Source of the DNA: Candidatus Goldiibacteriota bacterium
GTDB lineage: Bacteria; Oederibacteriota; JAAXVQ01
NCBI GenBank assembly: GCA_020052235.1
Contig: JAGVPM010000119.1
Location: forward strand, 1-60,348
Length of the DNA stretch: 60,348 nucleotides
Direction: 5' to 3'
Under the pieces are notes generated by a model. The model was not told the DNA's origin. It searched no databases and worked only from the letters and a program-made list of their open reading frames with translations. Position numbers and translations under genes: made by a program. Of this stretch, positions 26,692 through 35,800 are shown one piece after another. Each line of letters opens with the position of its first letter. Positions within the stretch are counted from its first letter, which is position 1.

Positions 26692-27578
26692 AAACGGCGG
26701 GTGGTGTTTTTTGACAACCGTATGGTTTTTACTGCCGGCCGCACCGCACGCAAGGCGGCTTTTTTTGTTTTTCGCGGTGTTCCGGTTTCAGTGCCTTTGG
26801 ACAAACCGGAGGTTTTTCTGCGCCGCGGTATTTTCGCCGCCTCCGGAACCCGGCCGGAATCATTGACTTTAGCCGCGTGGTGTTCCGGTACGGGGGCTGT
26901 GGCCTCATCGGCTCGGTCCATGGTCCGGTTTAGGGATAAACCATCCCCGCCTTTGGCCGATACGGACCGGGAATTTTCCGCGGTTTCGGAATGGCCGGAC
27001 GAAGTTGCCTTGGTCACACGCCGCTTTTCCTGCACCTGACGGATAAAATAAACAATACCGCCAAACAGAATAAATAAACCAACGCCCATGAATAAGCGCG
27101 TGATGCTCAATCCCGGCGTATTTTGCCCGGCTTGACGCTTCGCCTCACCCGAATTTTCCGCAAGCGGGTTTTCTGAAATCGGCGTCGGCGTCCAACTTAC
27201 AACCGCCGCTTCCGGCGAAATCGGATTTTCAGGCACGGGACCGGCATTGGCCGCCATCATGGCCGAAACGGACGCATTGGTTTCTTCTCCGGTCCTGGAC
27301 TGCGGGACATTCGCCGGGGCCGGTTTGGGGTGAACACGCGCACGGGTTGCCCCGCCCGGAATGCGTTTGGCCGGGACTGCGGGCAGGGGAGCTGCCGTAG
27401 GCAACACGGCCGGCGCAACTGTCGGTGTCGCGGTAATCGCCATACTCACAGACGGCGTAAGTTGGGGGGGCGGCGTTGCCATCCCCGGTTCAATTTTTAC
27501 AATTTGCCGTGTTGGTGCGCAAGCCAAAATCCCCATTGCCAAAACAACCAACGCCATTATCCCGAGTTGCTTGACCAT
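26688..27578 (-). CDS. Pro/Ala/Thr-rich lipoprotein-like membrane protein with a basic C-terminus, hypothetical
   Basis: Signal peptide with lipobox-like GILAC, low-complexity PTA-rich region, one further TM segment (GVGLFILFGGIVYFI). Confidence 0.6.
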   Translation of the reverse strand: MVKQLGIMALVVLAMGILACAPTRQIVKIEPGMATPPPQLTPSVSMAITATPTVAPAVLPTAAPLPAVPAKRIPGGATRARVHPKPAPANVPQSRTGEETNASVSAMMAANAGPVPENPISPEAAVVSWTPTPISENPLAENSGEAKRQAGQNTPGLSITRLFMGVGLFILFGGIVYFIRQVQEKRRVTKATSSGHSETAENSRSVSAKGGDGLSLNRTMDRADEATAPVPEHHAAKVNDSGRVPEAAKIPRRRKTSGLSKGTETGTPRKTKKAALRAVRPAVKTIRLSKNTTRRF

Positions 27579-27607
27579 GTTTCCCCCTTATGAAAAAAAA
27601 TGCCGAT

Positions 27608-29011
27608 TTAGCCTATTTGATATTCCTTCATTTTATTATAAAGCGTCTTGTAATCAATCTCGAGGCGCTTCGCGGTTAAGGAACGGTTCCAACGGGTCGC
27701 CTCCAAAGTCTGAAGAATAATTTGACGTTCCACCCGCACCGTTTCCTGCTTCACAATGTCTTTTAAAGCGAACCCTTCGATAGCCTCCAGCGGAATACTT
27801 TCCAGTCCGGCGGTTTCCGCCGGCGCCGCCTGGGCCAGGGGGCCTTCGGATAAATGAGTTTTCTCAATCCACTCATCGGCCAAAACCACGCCGCGCTTCA
27901 TGATATTTTTTAACTCCCTTACATTTCCGGGCCAGGCATAACTGGTGAATAGTGAAATAACTTCCGGTGATACGCCTAAAACTTTTTTATGAAACTGACG
28001 GTTGAACAAATCCAAAAAATGTTTCACCAATAAGGGAATATCGCCGCGGCGTTCGCGCAAGGGCGGAATGCGCAGCATAAATTCATTTAACCGGTAGTAA
28101 AGATCTTCGCGGAATTTTCCTTCTTTAATGCTTTTTTCCAGATCTACATTGGTGGCGCTCACCAAAGTGGCGTGAAACGGGATTTCCACTTTCCCGCCCA
28201 GCCGCCGCAGGCAACGTTCCTGCAATACACGCAACAATTTAACTTGGACCGTGGTCGGCAAATTCCCGATTTCATCCAAAAACAAAGTTCCTTTTCCCGC
28301 TTGTTCAAAACGCCCCGGTTTTTGCGCCACCGCACCCGTGAAGGCCCCGCGTTCGTATCCGAACAATTCACTCTCCACCAGGGTCTCAGGCAATGTGGCG
28401 CAATCGACGGAAACAAACGGCTCTTCAGCGCGCTGGCTCAGCGCATGCAGGGCGCGGGCCGTAAGCTCCTTGCCGGTTCCCGATTCCCCTCGGATCAACA
28501 CGGTTAAATTATGTTGGGCGATTTGTTCAATGGTGTGCAGCAATTCCTGCATGGAAGCCGATTCACCCAGCAGTTGATCGGGGCTTTGCTGGATTTCAAT
28601 TTGGTCGCGCAGAGTTTTAATTTCCTGCTGCAATTCGAGGGATTTCAAGGCATTGCCGACGGTGATCAGCAATTCGTCCATATTAATGGGTTTGGACAAA
28701 AAATCGTACGCCCCCAGTTTCATGCATTTGACGGCCGTGTCCACATCTCCGAAAGCCGACAAAATGATGGCCTTGGCTTCCGGTTGTTGATTGCGGATCT
28801 CCTGCAAAACCGCCAACCCGTCCATGGGCTGCATGCGGATGTCCAGCAGATAAAGATCAAATTTTTGTTCGCGGCTTAAGGTAATGGCTTTAGGGCCGTC
28901 GTTGGTCACGGAAGGCTGATACCCGGCAGCGGTTAGTGCTTGTGAAATATAAAGGCAATGCTCGGGTTCATCGTCGACGATTAAGATTCGTTTGGACCGA
29001 ACCGTCCCCAT
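27608..29011 (-). CDS. Sigma-54-dependent response regulator (NtrC family: REC, AAA+, Fis-type HTH)
   Basis: ILIVDDE..LLDIRMQPMDG, GESGTGKE, ERGAFTGA and a C-terminal HTH. ATG at 29009-29011 follows ggagg. The track extension to 29170 runs into tRNA-Cys and a terminator and is rejected. Confidence 0.9.
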   Translation of the reverse strand: MGTVRSKRILIVDDEPEHCLYISQALTAAGYQPSVTNDGPKAITLSREQKFDLYLLDIRMQPMDGLAVLQEIRNQQPEAKAIILSAFGDVDTAVKCMKLGAYDFLSKPINMDELLITVGNALKSLELQQEIKTLRDQIEIQQSPDQLLGESASMQELLHTIEQIAQHNLTVLIRGESGTGKELTARALHALSQRAEEPFVSVDCATLPETLVESELFGYERGAFTGAVAQKPGRFEQAGKGTLFLDEIGNLPTTVQVKLLRVLQERCLRRLGGKVEIPFHATLVSATNVDLEKSIKEGKFREDLYYRLNEFMLRIPPLRERRGDIPLLVKHFLDLFNRQFHKKVLGVSPEVISLFTSYAWPGNVRELKNIMKRGVVLADEWIEKTHLSEGPLAQAAPAETAGLESIPLEAIEGFALKDIVKQETVRVERQIILQTLEATRWNRSLTAKRLEIDYKTLYNKMKEYQIG

Positions 29012-29104
29012 ACTGCCTCCTTGGCAACTTACCGAATGCCGACACTGTATTGTATGCAGGACCCTCTTGGATGGCAAGTGGTTTTCACACTGAAACACTA
29101 CTGT

Positions 29105-29152
29105 AAAAAAAACACCAAAAAAAAGCCCGCAGGGCAAACCCTCCCTGCGGGC
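29105..29152 (-). terminator. Rho-independent terminator after the tRNA-Gly/tRNA-Cys unit
   Basis: Perfect 10-bp stem gcccgcaggg/ccctgcgggc (29125-29152) followed on the minus strand by a T-rich run (ttttttttggtgtttttttt). Confidence 0.8.
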
Positions 29153-29158
29153 AAACAT

Positions 29159-29232
29159 TGGAGGCGGCACTCGGAGTCGAACCGAGGATGAGGGTTTTGC
29201 AGACCCTAGCCTTACCGTTTGGCGATGCCGCC
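29159..29232 (-). tRNA. tRNA-Cys (GCA), CCA encoded
   Basis: Manual cloverleaf: acceptor GGCGGCA/UGCCGCC, anticodon loop CUGCAAA, T-arm CUCGG-UUCGACU-CCGAG, discriminator U, 3-prime CCA; 74 nt. Confidence 0.95.
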
Positions 29233-29333
29233 TTAACCCCCCTGGTTTTAACCGGCCAACTTGGCTGCGGCAGGGATGAAGGTGGTATTATGAAAATTGC
29301 CGACCCTGGGTTGAGCCGGCAATTCGAAAAGTC

Positions 29334-29408
29334 TGGAGCGGGAAATGGGACTTGAACCCACGACATCTACCTTGGCAAGGTAGCGCTCTACCACTGAGCT
29401 ATTCCCGC
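29334..29408 (-). tRNA. tRNA-Gly (GCC), CCA encoded
   Basis: Manual cloverleaf: acceptor GCGGGAA/UUCCCGC, D-arm GCUCAGUGGUAGAGC, anticodon loop UUGCCAA, T-loop UUCAAGU, discriminator U plus CCA; 75 nt. Confidence 0.95.
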
Positions 29409-29420
29409 AAAAACGGCGCT

Positions 29421-29449
29421 ATTCTATCTAGTCCGACCCTTGATGTCAA
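29421..29449 (-). promoter_or_regulatory. Sigma-70-type promoter for the tRNA-Gly/tRNA-Cys unit (TTGACA-17 nt-TAGAAT)
   Basis: On the minus strand the -35 is at 29444-29449 and the -10 at 29421-29426. The tRNA 5-prime end lies about 13 nt downstream of the -10. Confidence 0.6.
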
Positions 29450-29484
29450 GCGCAATATTTTCACGACAAGATACAAACTTTCTC

Positions 29485-29510
29485 AAGGAACGGTTTAAAA
29501 CCGTTGCCTA
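29485..29510. repeat. GTAG..CTAC hairpin-family element (imperfect copy) overlapping the stop codon of the ExeA-like gene
   Basis: aaggaacggtttaaaaccgttgcctac. The TAG stop (29508-29510) lies inside the element arm. Confidence 0.55.
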
Positions 29511-30326
29511 CTTTTTAAGCCCTAAATCGCCGCCAACCCCATCTACCATATCCTCATCCACAGCATCTTTTTTAATTAAAAAGCTTTCCAAGAGCGAATT
29601 ATCGCAAATGGTGTTGATCAAACGCGGAATCCCCTTGGAAAACTGATAAATTTTCTTGTAAGCGCTGGGCGAAAACAGCTCCCGGTCACACCCTACAATG
29701 TGCAAGCGATGCTTGATATATTCCGAGACCGACGCTTCCTGCAGGCTCTGCAAGGTAAACTTCAGGGCAATGCGCTGCTGCAACGGCGGATCCAAAGCAA
29801 TGTTTTGCTCCAAGTCCGATAAACCGATCAAGGTAATGGATAACAATTTTTGCCCCGGGGCTTCCAAATTCAAGAGTCCGCGGAATTCTTCGAAAATTTC
29901 ACGGGTCACGAGCATGTTGGCTTCGTCAATAATGACCGCCGCTTTTTTCCCTTGCTCGTAAATTTCCATGAGCCGCTCGTAAAGCGCCGGCAAAATCGTG
30001 GATTTTTTTTCGCCCGGATCTTTAGCACCCAACTGCATGGCGATTTTCCTCAAAAGCCACTCAGCCGTCACCTCGGAATGCACAATCACCATCAAACCGG
30101 CTTCATAGGTTTTATCCGCCTCTAAATTTTCCAGCAGCTTTCTGGCCAGCAGTGTTTTGCCGCATCCGATGTCCCCCACCATGACCGCCAAACCCTTCAT
30201 GGTGCTGATGCAATGCATGAGCCGGACCAAAGCCTCCGAATGCTGGCGGCTTTCAAAAAAGAATCGGGATTCCGGCGCATTGGAAAAAGGCTGTTGGGAA
30301 AACCCAAAAAAAGATTCGTAACTCAC
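29508..30326 (-). CDS. ExeA/MshM-like AAA ATPase (AAA_22-type)
   Basis: N-terminal FGF..PF pattern (FFGFSQQPFSNAPESRFFF), Walker A GDIGCGKT, Walker B AVIIDEAN. Confidence 0.8.
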   Translation of the reverse strand: MSYESFFGFSQQPFSNAPESRFFFESRQHSEALVRLMHCISTMKGLAVMVGDIGCGKTLLARKLLENLEADKTYEAGLMVIVHSEVTAEWLLRKIAMQLGAKDPGEKKSTILPALYERLMEIYEQGKKAAVIIDEANMLVTREIFEEFRGLLNLEAPGQKLLSITLIGLSDLEQNIALDPPLQQRIALKFTLQSLQEASVSEYIKHRLHIVGCDRELFSPSAYKKIYQFSKGIPRLINTICDNSLLESFLIKKDAVDEDMVDGVGGDLGLKK

Positions 30327-30344
30327 TCCGGCACACTCCCTCGT

Positions 30345-32612
30345 TTAAACGTACGAAACCCGGCCCCGGCGTCCACGCCCGGACGGCGGTTCTTGATTGT
30401 CGTCTTTTGACTTTGGTTCCTCGGATTTTAAATCCGCATCTGGAACTTTATCATCACGGGATTTATCAGCCGCCTGTTCCGCCGCTTTGGCTTCGGCCGC
30501 CAAGCGTGCCGCTTCTGCGGCTTTGGCTTCGGCTGCCAAACGCGCTGCTTCGGCAATCCTGGCTTCCTCGGCCAAGCGCGCATCTTCCACGGCTTTGGCT
30601 TCGGCCGCCAAACGTGCTGCTTCAGCGGCTTTTTCTTCCTCGATTTTTTTCCGGGCTGCTTCCTCGGACTGCTTGCGCAACCGTTCCTGTTCGGCCATGG
30701 TGGATTCCAATTCCTGCTTCTTCATCTGGGCTTCCATGTTGCCGGGTTCGATTTCCAAAATCTTTTGATAAATTTTCAAGGCTTCATTCAACAAACCCTG
30801 CTTGGTATAAATCTCCGCCACGGTGACGGTCATAAATTCATCCTGATGATCCCCGGCAATCTCGTCTTCCTTGGGTCCCATGTTTTGCATAAAATCATTT
30901 ACCGCAGCCACCGGCTTTGGCGCCGTGGCCTGAGCCGATTCCGGCGGTGTGACCATACTGCGCTGAGCACGCAGTTGGGCTTCCTTCTGCGCCCGTTCGC
31001 GGGCTTCGCGCTGTAACCGTTGTTCATCCTCGTTGACTTTTCCCGCGGGTTTCGCGGCCGGGCTCGATTTTTTAGCTACCGCCGTTTCCGGATTTACCCC
31101 TGCAAACATGGCATACGCACGGGTCAACGCGGTCTTTACTTCCTCGTTGTCGGGAGCCTTCTTGGCAATTTGCTGGTAAATTTCAATGGCCTCATCAAAC
31201 GATCCCTGCCGGATATACGTTGAAGCAATATTCAGCATAACCTTGATTTCATCGGCAGGCGAAATACTCTTGACGGCCGCCGGTGTAGACGCAGTTTCTT
31301 CCCTGGCCGGAGACGGAGCCTGCACAGGGGTTGAAGCCGGCGCTGCCGGACTTCCTTCACCCAGCAATTCCCGGGATTTGGCGCGCATCTGATTGGCTTC
31401 ATCGGCTCTGCCCAAAGTGTCGTACATCTCCGCCAAAGCCATGCACGCTTCTGCGGCTTGCTGCTCCAACCCGGCATTGTACGAGGCATCGGCCAATTTC
31501 AAATACAATTCGGGATTGCGCGGTGCGATTTTAACCGCTTGGCTTGCGCACAATGCGGCGCGCTCCCATTGTTCGTCGGCGGCAAAAATTTCCATGGCCT
31601 GCGTGAATTTCTCCAAAGCCGTGTCATTTTTCCCTTGTTTAAGTGCAAGCTGCGCCATGTTTTCCCAAGCATCGCCGTTCTTAGCATCCGCTTTAACCAG
31701 ACGCTCATAAACCGCCCAAGCTTCATCCCATTGTTCCGACTGGGTTAAAATTTGCGCTAAATGGGTTAAAGCGCCTTGGTGATTGAGTTTAAACTTCAAT
31801 AGGGTTTCAAATTCCGTGCGCGCTTCATTGGTCTGATTTTTTTGGTAATACACCATCCCCAGGTAATAATGCGCTTCAATGCTTTTTAATTGAATGGCCT
31901 TTTGGGCGAATAATTGGCCGCGCTCCAAGTTGCCTTGCCGGATTAAATGCTCGGCCACATACAAGAATTCCTTTTTAGCTTCGGAATCCGAACCATCCTT
32001 GCTAAAAATTTCGCCCAAAGCAATATGGGCCTGCAAATTGGCCGGATCCAGCTGTACAATCTGCTGAAAAATCGGCTCAGCTTTTTTGAATAATCGGTTG
32101 TTGTACAACGCGTTTGCGATGACCAAAAACTGCTCAGCCGCTTCATGGTTGCGCCCGGCCTTGGCCAAAGTCTCCGCTAATTTCTGATATAATTCGAGAT
32201 TCTTTGGGTCCGCGGCTATGCGCGTCTTTAAAGTCTCGATCGCATCTTTGATTCCCGCAGGCTCGGACGCAACTGCGGCCGCTTTAGGTTCGGATTCGGA
32301 AAATTCTTCTTCCACGCTGTTGGGATCCAACTTGCTCATCTTACGCTTGATCATTTCCGCTTTATCTTTAATATTTTGCAGGATCAGCAATTGAACCGCT
32401 TGCTTGTAATACTGCAAAGCTTCGGTAACATGCCCCTGATGGGCATAGATATCCCCAAGCATATTCAGCGCCAGCACGTCCGTTGAATCCAATTCAAGCA
32501 ATTTAAAATATTGCTCGCGTGCCTGATCCAACTGCCCGTCGCGAAAATGTAAATAAGCTGTTTTTATAAGCGTTTTCTTATCCATGGTCATCGATGGATA
32601 GTAACCCCCCAC
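30345..32612 (-). CDS. TPR-repeat protein with a C-terminal Ala/Glu/Lys coiled-coil repeat region
   Basis: Many 34-aa TPR-like units (A..Y..A......A...Y..AL). The C-terminus has (AARLAAEAKAAE)n. GTG start in the track; the ATG at 32591 (MTMDKK) is an alternative. Confidence 0.8.
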   Translation of the reverse strand: MGGYYPSMTMDKKTLIKTAYLHFRDGQLDQAREQYFKLLELDSTDVLALNMLGDIYAHQGHVTEALQYYKQAVQLLILQNIKDKAEMIKRKMSKLDPNSVEEEFSESEPKAAAVASEPAGIKDAIETLKTRIAADPKNLELYQKLAETLAKAGRNHEAAEQFLVIANALYNNRLFKKAEPIFQQIVQLDPANLQAHIALGEIFSKDGSDSEAKKEFLYVAEHLIRQGNLERGQLFAQKAIQLKSIEAHYYLGMVYYQKNQTNEARTEFETLLKFKLNHQGALTHLAQILTQSEQWDEAWAVYERLVKADAKNGDAWENMAQLALKQGKNDTALEKFTQAMEIFAADEQWERAALCASQAVKIAPRNPELYLKLADASYNAGLEQQAAEACMALAEMYDTLGRADEANQMRAKSRELLGEGSPAAPASTPVQAPSPAREETASTPAAVKSISPADEIKVMLNIASTYIRQGSFDEAIEIYQQIAKKAPDNEEVKTALTRAYAMFAGVNPETAVAKKSSPAAKPAGKVNEDEQRLQREARERAQKEAQLRAQRSMVTPPESAQATAPKPVAAVNDFMQNMGPKEDEIAGDHQDEFMTVTVAEIYTKQGLLNEALKIYQKILEIEPGNMEAQMKKQELESTMAEQERLRKQSEEAARKKIEEEKAAEAARLAAEAKAVEDARLAEEARIAEAARLAAEAKAAEAARLAAEAKAAEQAADKSRDDKVPDADLKSEEPKSKDDNQEPPSGRGRRGRVSYV
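30483..30626. repeat. Four tandem 36-bp coding repeats (12-aa AEAARLAAEAKA-type units) inside the TPR gene
   Basis: Units start at 30483, 30519, 30555 and 30591 and share gctttggcttcggc.gccaa.cg.gc.gcttc.gcg. Confidence 0.8.
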
Positions 32613-32635
32613 CCTGGCACAATCTAAGATTTTTT

Positions 32636-32664
32636 ATACTATCCCGGGAGCCCTTGAGTGTCAA
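32636..32664 (-). promoter_or_regulatory. Candidate internal sigma-70 promoter for the TPR / ExeA-like genes (TTGACA-17 nt-TAGTAT)
   Basis: On the minus strand the -35 is at 32659-32664 and the -10 at 32636-32641. The -35 is embedded in the small palindrome cccttga-cac-tcaaggg, as at the tRNA promoter. Confidence 0.45.
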
Positions 32665-32758
32665 GGGTAAAAAAGCCTTAAAAGACAAGGTAAAAAAAGG
32701 CAGGCCTCTTTTGGTATGAAATACCCTGCGGCAAGCACGGGATCAATATCCTGCCCCA

Positions 32759-32787
32759 GTAGGGAACGGTTTGAAACCGTTCCCTAC
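32759..32787. repeat. GTAG..CTAC hairpin-family element (perfect copy) 18 nt downstream of the giant ORF stop
   Basis: gtagggaacggttt-g-aaaccgttccctac, a perfect 14-bp palindrome. Confidence 0.75.
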
Positions 32788-32804
32788 TAAAAAACGGGTA
32801 GCGC

Positions 32805-35800
32805 CTACGCTGCCTGATCCATTTTTAAAGACGGACGCTGCATGCCGGGCAATTTCCTGCGGTCAATCCATATGGGCATGGGTGCCATCAATTCTGACAA
32901 CGCGCCTTGCAAGGCATTGGTCTGCGGCATTAGCAATAGCCGCGGTAAAAGCAACTTTACGCGCTCCAAGGTACCATTAACCTGTACTTGTCTAACCCCG
33001 GCCACAAATCCCTGCCAAGCCGGAACCTTGGCTACCAAATCCAGCAATGTCCGAGTAGACTGTATCCGTTCGGCAGGTTGTTCCTGGGATTGAATAGCCG
33101 AAACCATGGCTCCCAGGAAGACCTTGGCATTGGCATCCGAAGGCCGGGCACTCCACTTCAAATACGCCTGATTAAGTTTGCCTTGACGCAAGTCCTGCGC
33201 CAAGCGGGATTCATCCTTGCCTAATTGTACCCTGAGATAATTAAGGGGCGCTACGCCCATCCAAATGCGATGAAGGGCATGCGTCATCCAACCCAAAGGA
33301 AGCGTATCCTGCAAAGACGTGGCTGCCCGGCGGCTCTCAGCGTTGATTTGACGCATATGATATTCCAAGGCAAGCCGCATTAAATATCCGGAAAATGCTC
33401 CCCGGTTCTGCATCATACCCGCCGGAAGATAAATGGTCGGCGTGCCTTGATCATTATATACCACCCGCCCAAAGGGCGCAGTCCATTGTCTGAGCCATCC
33501 GCCCGGAAGGCGATTCAGGGCCTGAAGGCCTACGGGCAGGTTGTAATCACCGGCGCCGTATTGGGCCATAATTTTCATGGCCGCGGCCTCGTATTGACTC
33601 TCGGTCAGCAGCTTGGCCCAAGCCTTGTTGCCTTCCGCCACCCGGATGCCTTTTTCAGTCTGCCCGGCCAAGTAGAAAAGCAAGGCGCCTTTCACCATAT
33701 ACAAAGCTCCTTGGAAAAATTGGATCATGCCGTCCACGGGCATTCGCAATCCCGGCTGCCCGGCTTGGCTGGGATCGGCGTTAAACAACACGCTGCGCAA
33801 CAAGTAACTCGTCAAACGCGACACCCAACTGCGTTCTCCAAAATAGGGCCGGTTGACTTCCCCGCTTGCGGCTGCCTGCGTTTCCGAAGGCTCTTTTTGT
33901 TCCTGAATTAAGACTTCGGCCGTACCTGCTGGGGTTGCTTGCAGGCGCGCCTCGGCGAATACATCGCGGCCCCAGGTCAGGGTTGCAACCAAGGCGCTGA
34001 ACCCATCCGTCAATGAGACCAGCAAATGATTCAAGGTATTCCCGATTTTCGGAATATGTTTAAACGGCAGCAGGCGTTCAAACCGCTCGTGCCAGCGAAG
34101 CCATGTGCTGGTAAATGCACCGGCGTACTCCGCATATTCCGGGCGCACGCCGCGGGTGCCGGGCGTGGCCATGACTCCGCCGCGCGAAGCAATAAACCAG
34201 GACCAGAAATTTTGCTTCCGGCCGACTGGCTGAGCGGCATTAAAACGCCGCCACAGGGATAACAGCATGGCTTCTTGAATTCCAAAAAGCAACGCACTAA
34301 TCACGGGCACGAACCATACTCCCGACAAGACAGCCAACGACGTAAACACCACGCCGGATAAAACCACATTGGCCACGGACATGGCCGGCGTTTTTTCCTT
34401 TTCCATTTCCTGGACCTCGGATCCGAAAACCGCAAAATGATTCTCCTCAATCTGACGCTGTCCGATCATATTTAAAGCCGCATGCCATCGAATGTCATAC
34501 CGTGGCGTCTTTGTCCGCGAAAGCTCGCCCAATTCCTTGAGAATACTTAAAATATCCTTATAATAAGTAACATAGTGACGGTTGCTTAAAACCGCTTCAT
34601 ACGCATCGGCAATGGTCACGGCGCGGCTGATGTCCGAAACCTGGTTGCCAACCAGCTGATCGGGATATCCTTTTCCATCCAGCCATTCATGATGCCGGGT
34701 TCCATCCACAATCTCAGCCGGAAATCCCAAAGCAGTCAGTAGTTTCGTACCCAACCTCGGATGCGTTTGCAGCAACGCCCGCTCCGGTTCCGTAAGTTCC
34801 TGAGTTTTATGCAACAGACTCAAGGGAAGCAGGATTTTTCCTGTGTCATGCAGCAAGCCGGCGTAAAGAAAACTTTCCACCTGTTCCCGGGTGAAGCCTT
34901 CTGTGGCATTGGCTTTCCCGAATACCGCCGCCATTTCCGCCGTGATCTGACCAACCCACCAGGAATGCGCAAAGGAATAATCCGGATCAAATCGGTACAA
35001 CAAAGTCAGCAACAACCAAATCGTAAATTCCTTACGCTTGGCCTCACTGGCTCCTTTGAAATCCGCAGCCAAAACCTCTTGAATCCATTGATTCAACTCC
35101 TCACCGACGGCGGACACTTTTCGTTCCAACTCGGGGGACCAGCGTTCCCGCACCTGCTCTGCGAGTTCCAAATCCGTCATGAAAACACGATACCGATTTA
35201 AAATATCTTCCGCGCCTTGTAATACGGCTTTACGCCGCTCAGGCGTCAAAGCTCCATACTCTTGCATAATCCGCCGGAAGGAAAATGACCGGGCATTCAC
35301 TGAAAATGCCCGGGCAAATTGACGTTCCGCCTTAAACACAGAACTGGTCTGCAGTTGCTTGCTGCGCACCTGGCGTATGGTTTCCTTGAGTTGAGTTAAA
35401 TAACCGGCCGTTTGCAAATCAAACGGTCCAGCAGGCGCCATATTGCCATTGGCGCGCATTTGATAATTATGCAAATACCCTGGAATGGAATTTGCTCTGG
35501 TTTCGAGATCTGAAACCGGCACCACCACGGGGCCGTAGATCCGGTCATCCAACCGCAATACCTTTCCTCCTGTCCCTTCCAGGTAAAACTTAACCCCCGC
35601 CACTTTGGTTTCAATGACAAACACTTGATCAAATTTCCATGCAATGGCCTCAAACCCGGATTGCTGCAACCGCTGGGCGATCAACCAGGCTGCAGGGGCG
35701 CTTAAATTGGGATACCGAATGTCATCGGCCAAATCCTCCAAATCGGATTTGAGCGATCCCAGAACTTGATGGAACCGGGCCACTTCCGGTGCATCCGCAG

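Noticed and set aside
29012-29170. N-terminal 53-aa extension of the sigma-54 response regulator ORF.
   Set aside because: The extension runs through a strong terminator and into tRNA-Cys. A ggagg RBS precedes the internal ATG at 29011, and the receiver domain begins there.
29085-29366. ORFs 29085-29366 (-) and 29158-29355 (+).
   Set aside because: They lie across tRNA-Cys, tRNA-Gly and the spacer between them. The cloverleaf structures explain the sequence.
29159-29408. The tRNA pair considered as an integration hotspot for a genomic island containing the giant ORF.
   Set aside because: There is no integrase, no tRNA 3-prime-end direct repeat, and no phage or conjugation genes anywhere in the window. 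The flanking genes have host-like composition.
30483-30626. Regularly spaced 36-bp repeats, considered as a possible CRISPR array.
   Set aside because: The repeats are contiguous with no spacers, in frame inside the TPR gene, and encode an Ala/Glu/Lys coiled-coil. No cas genes are present in the window.
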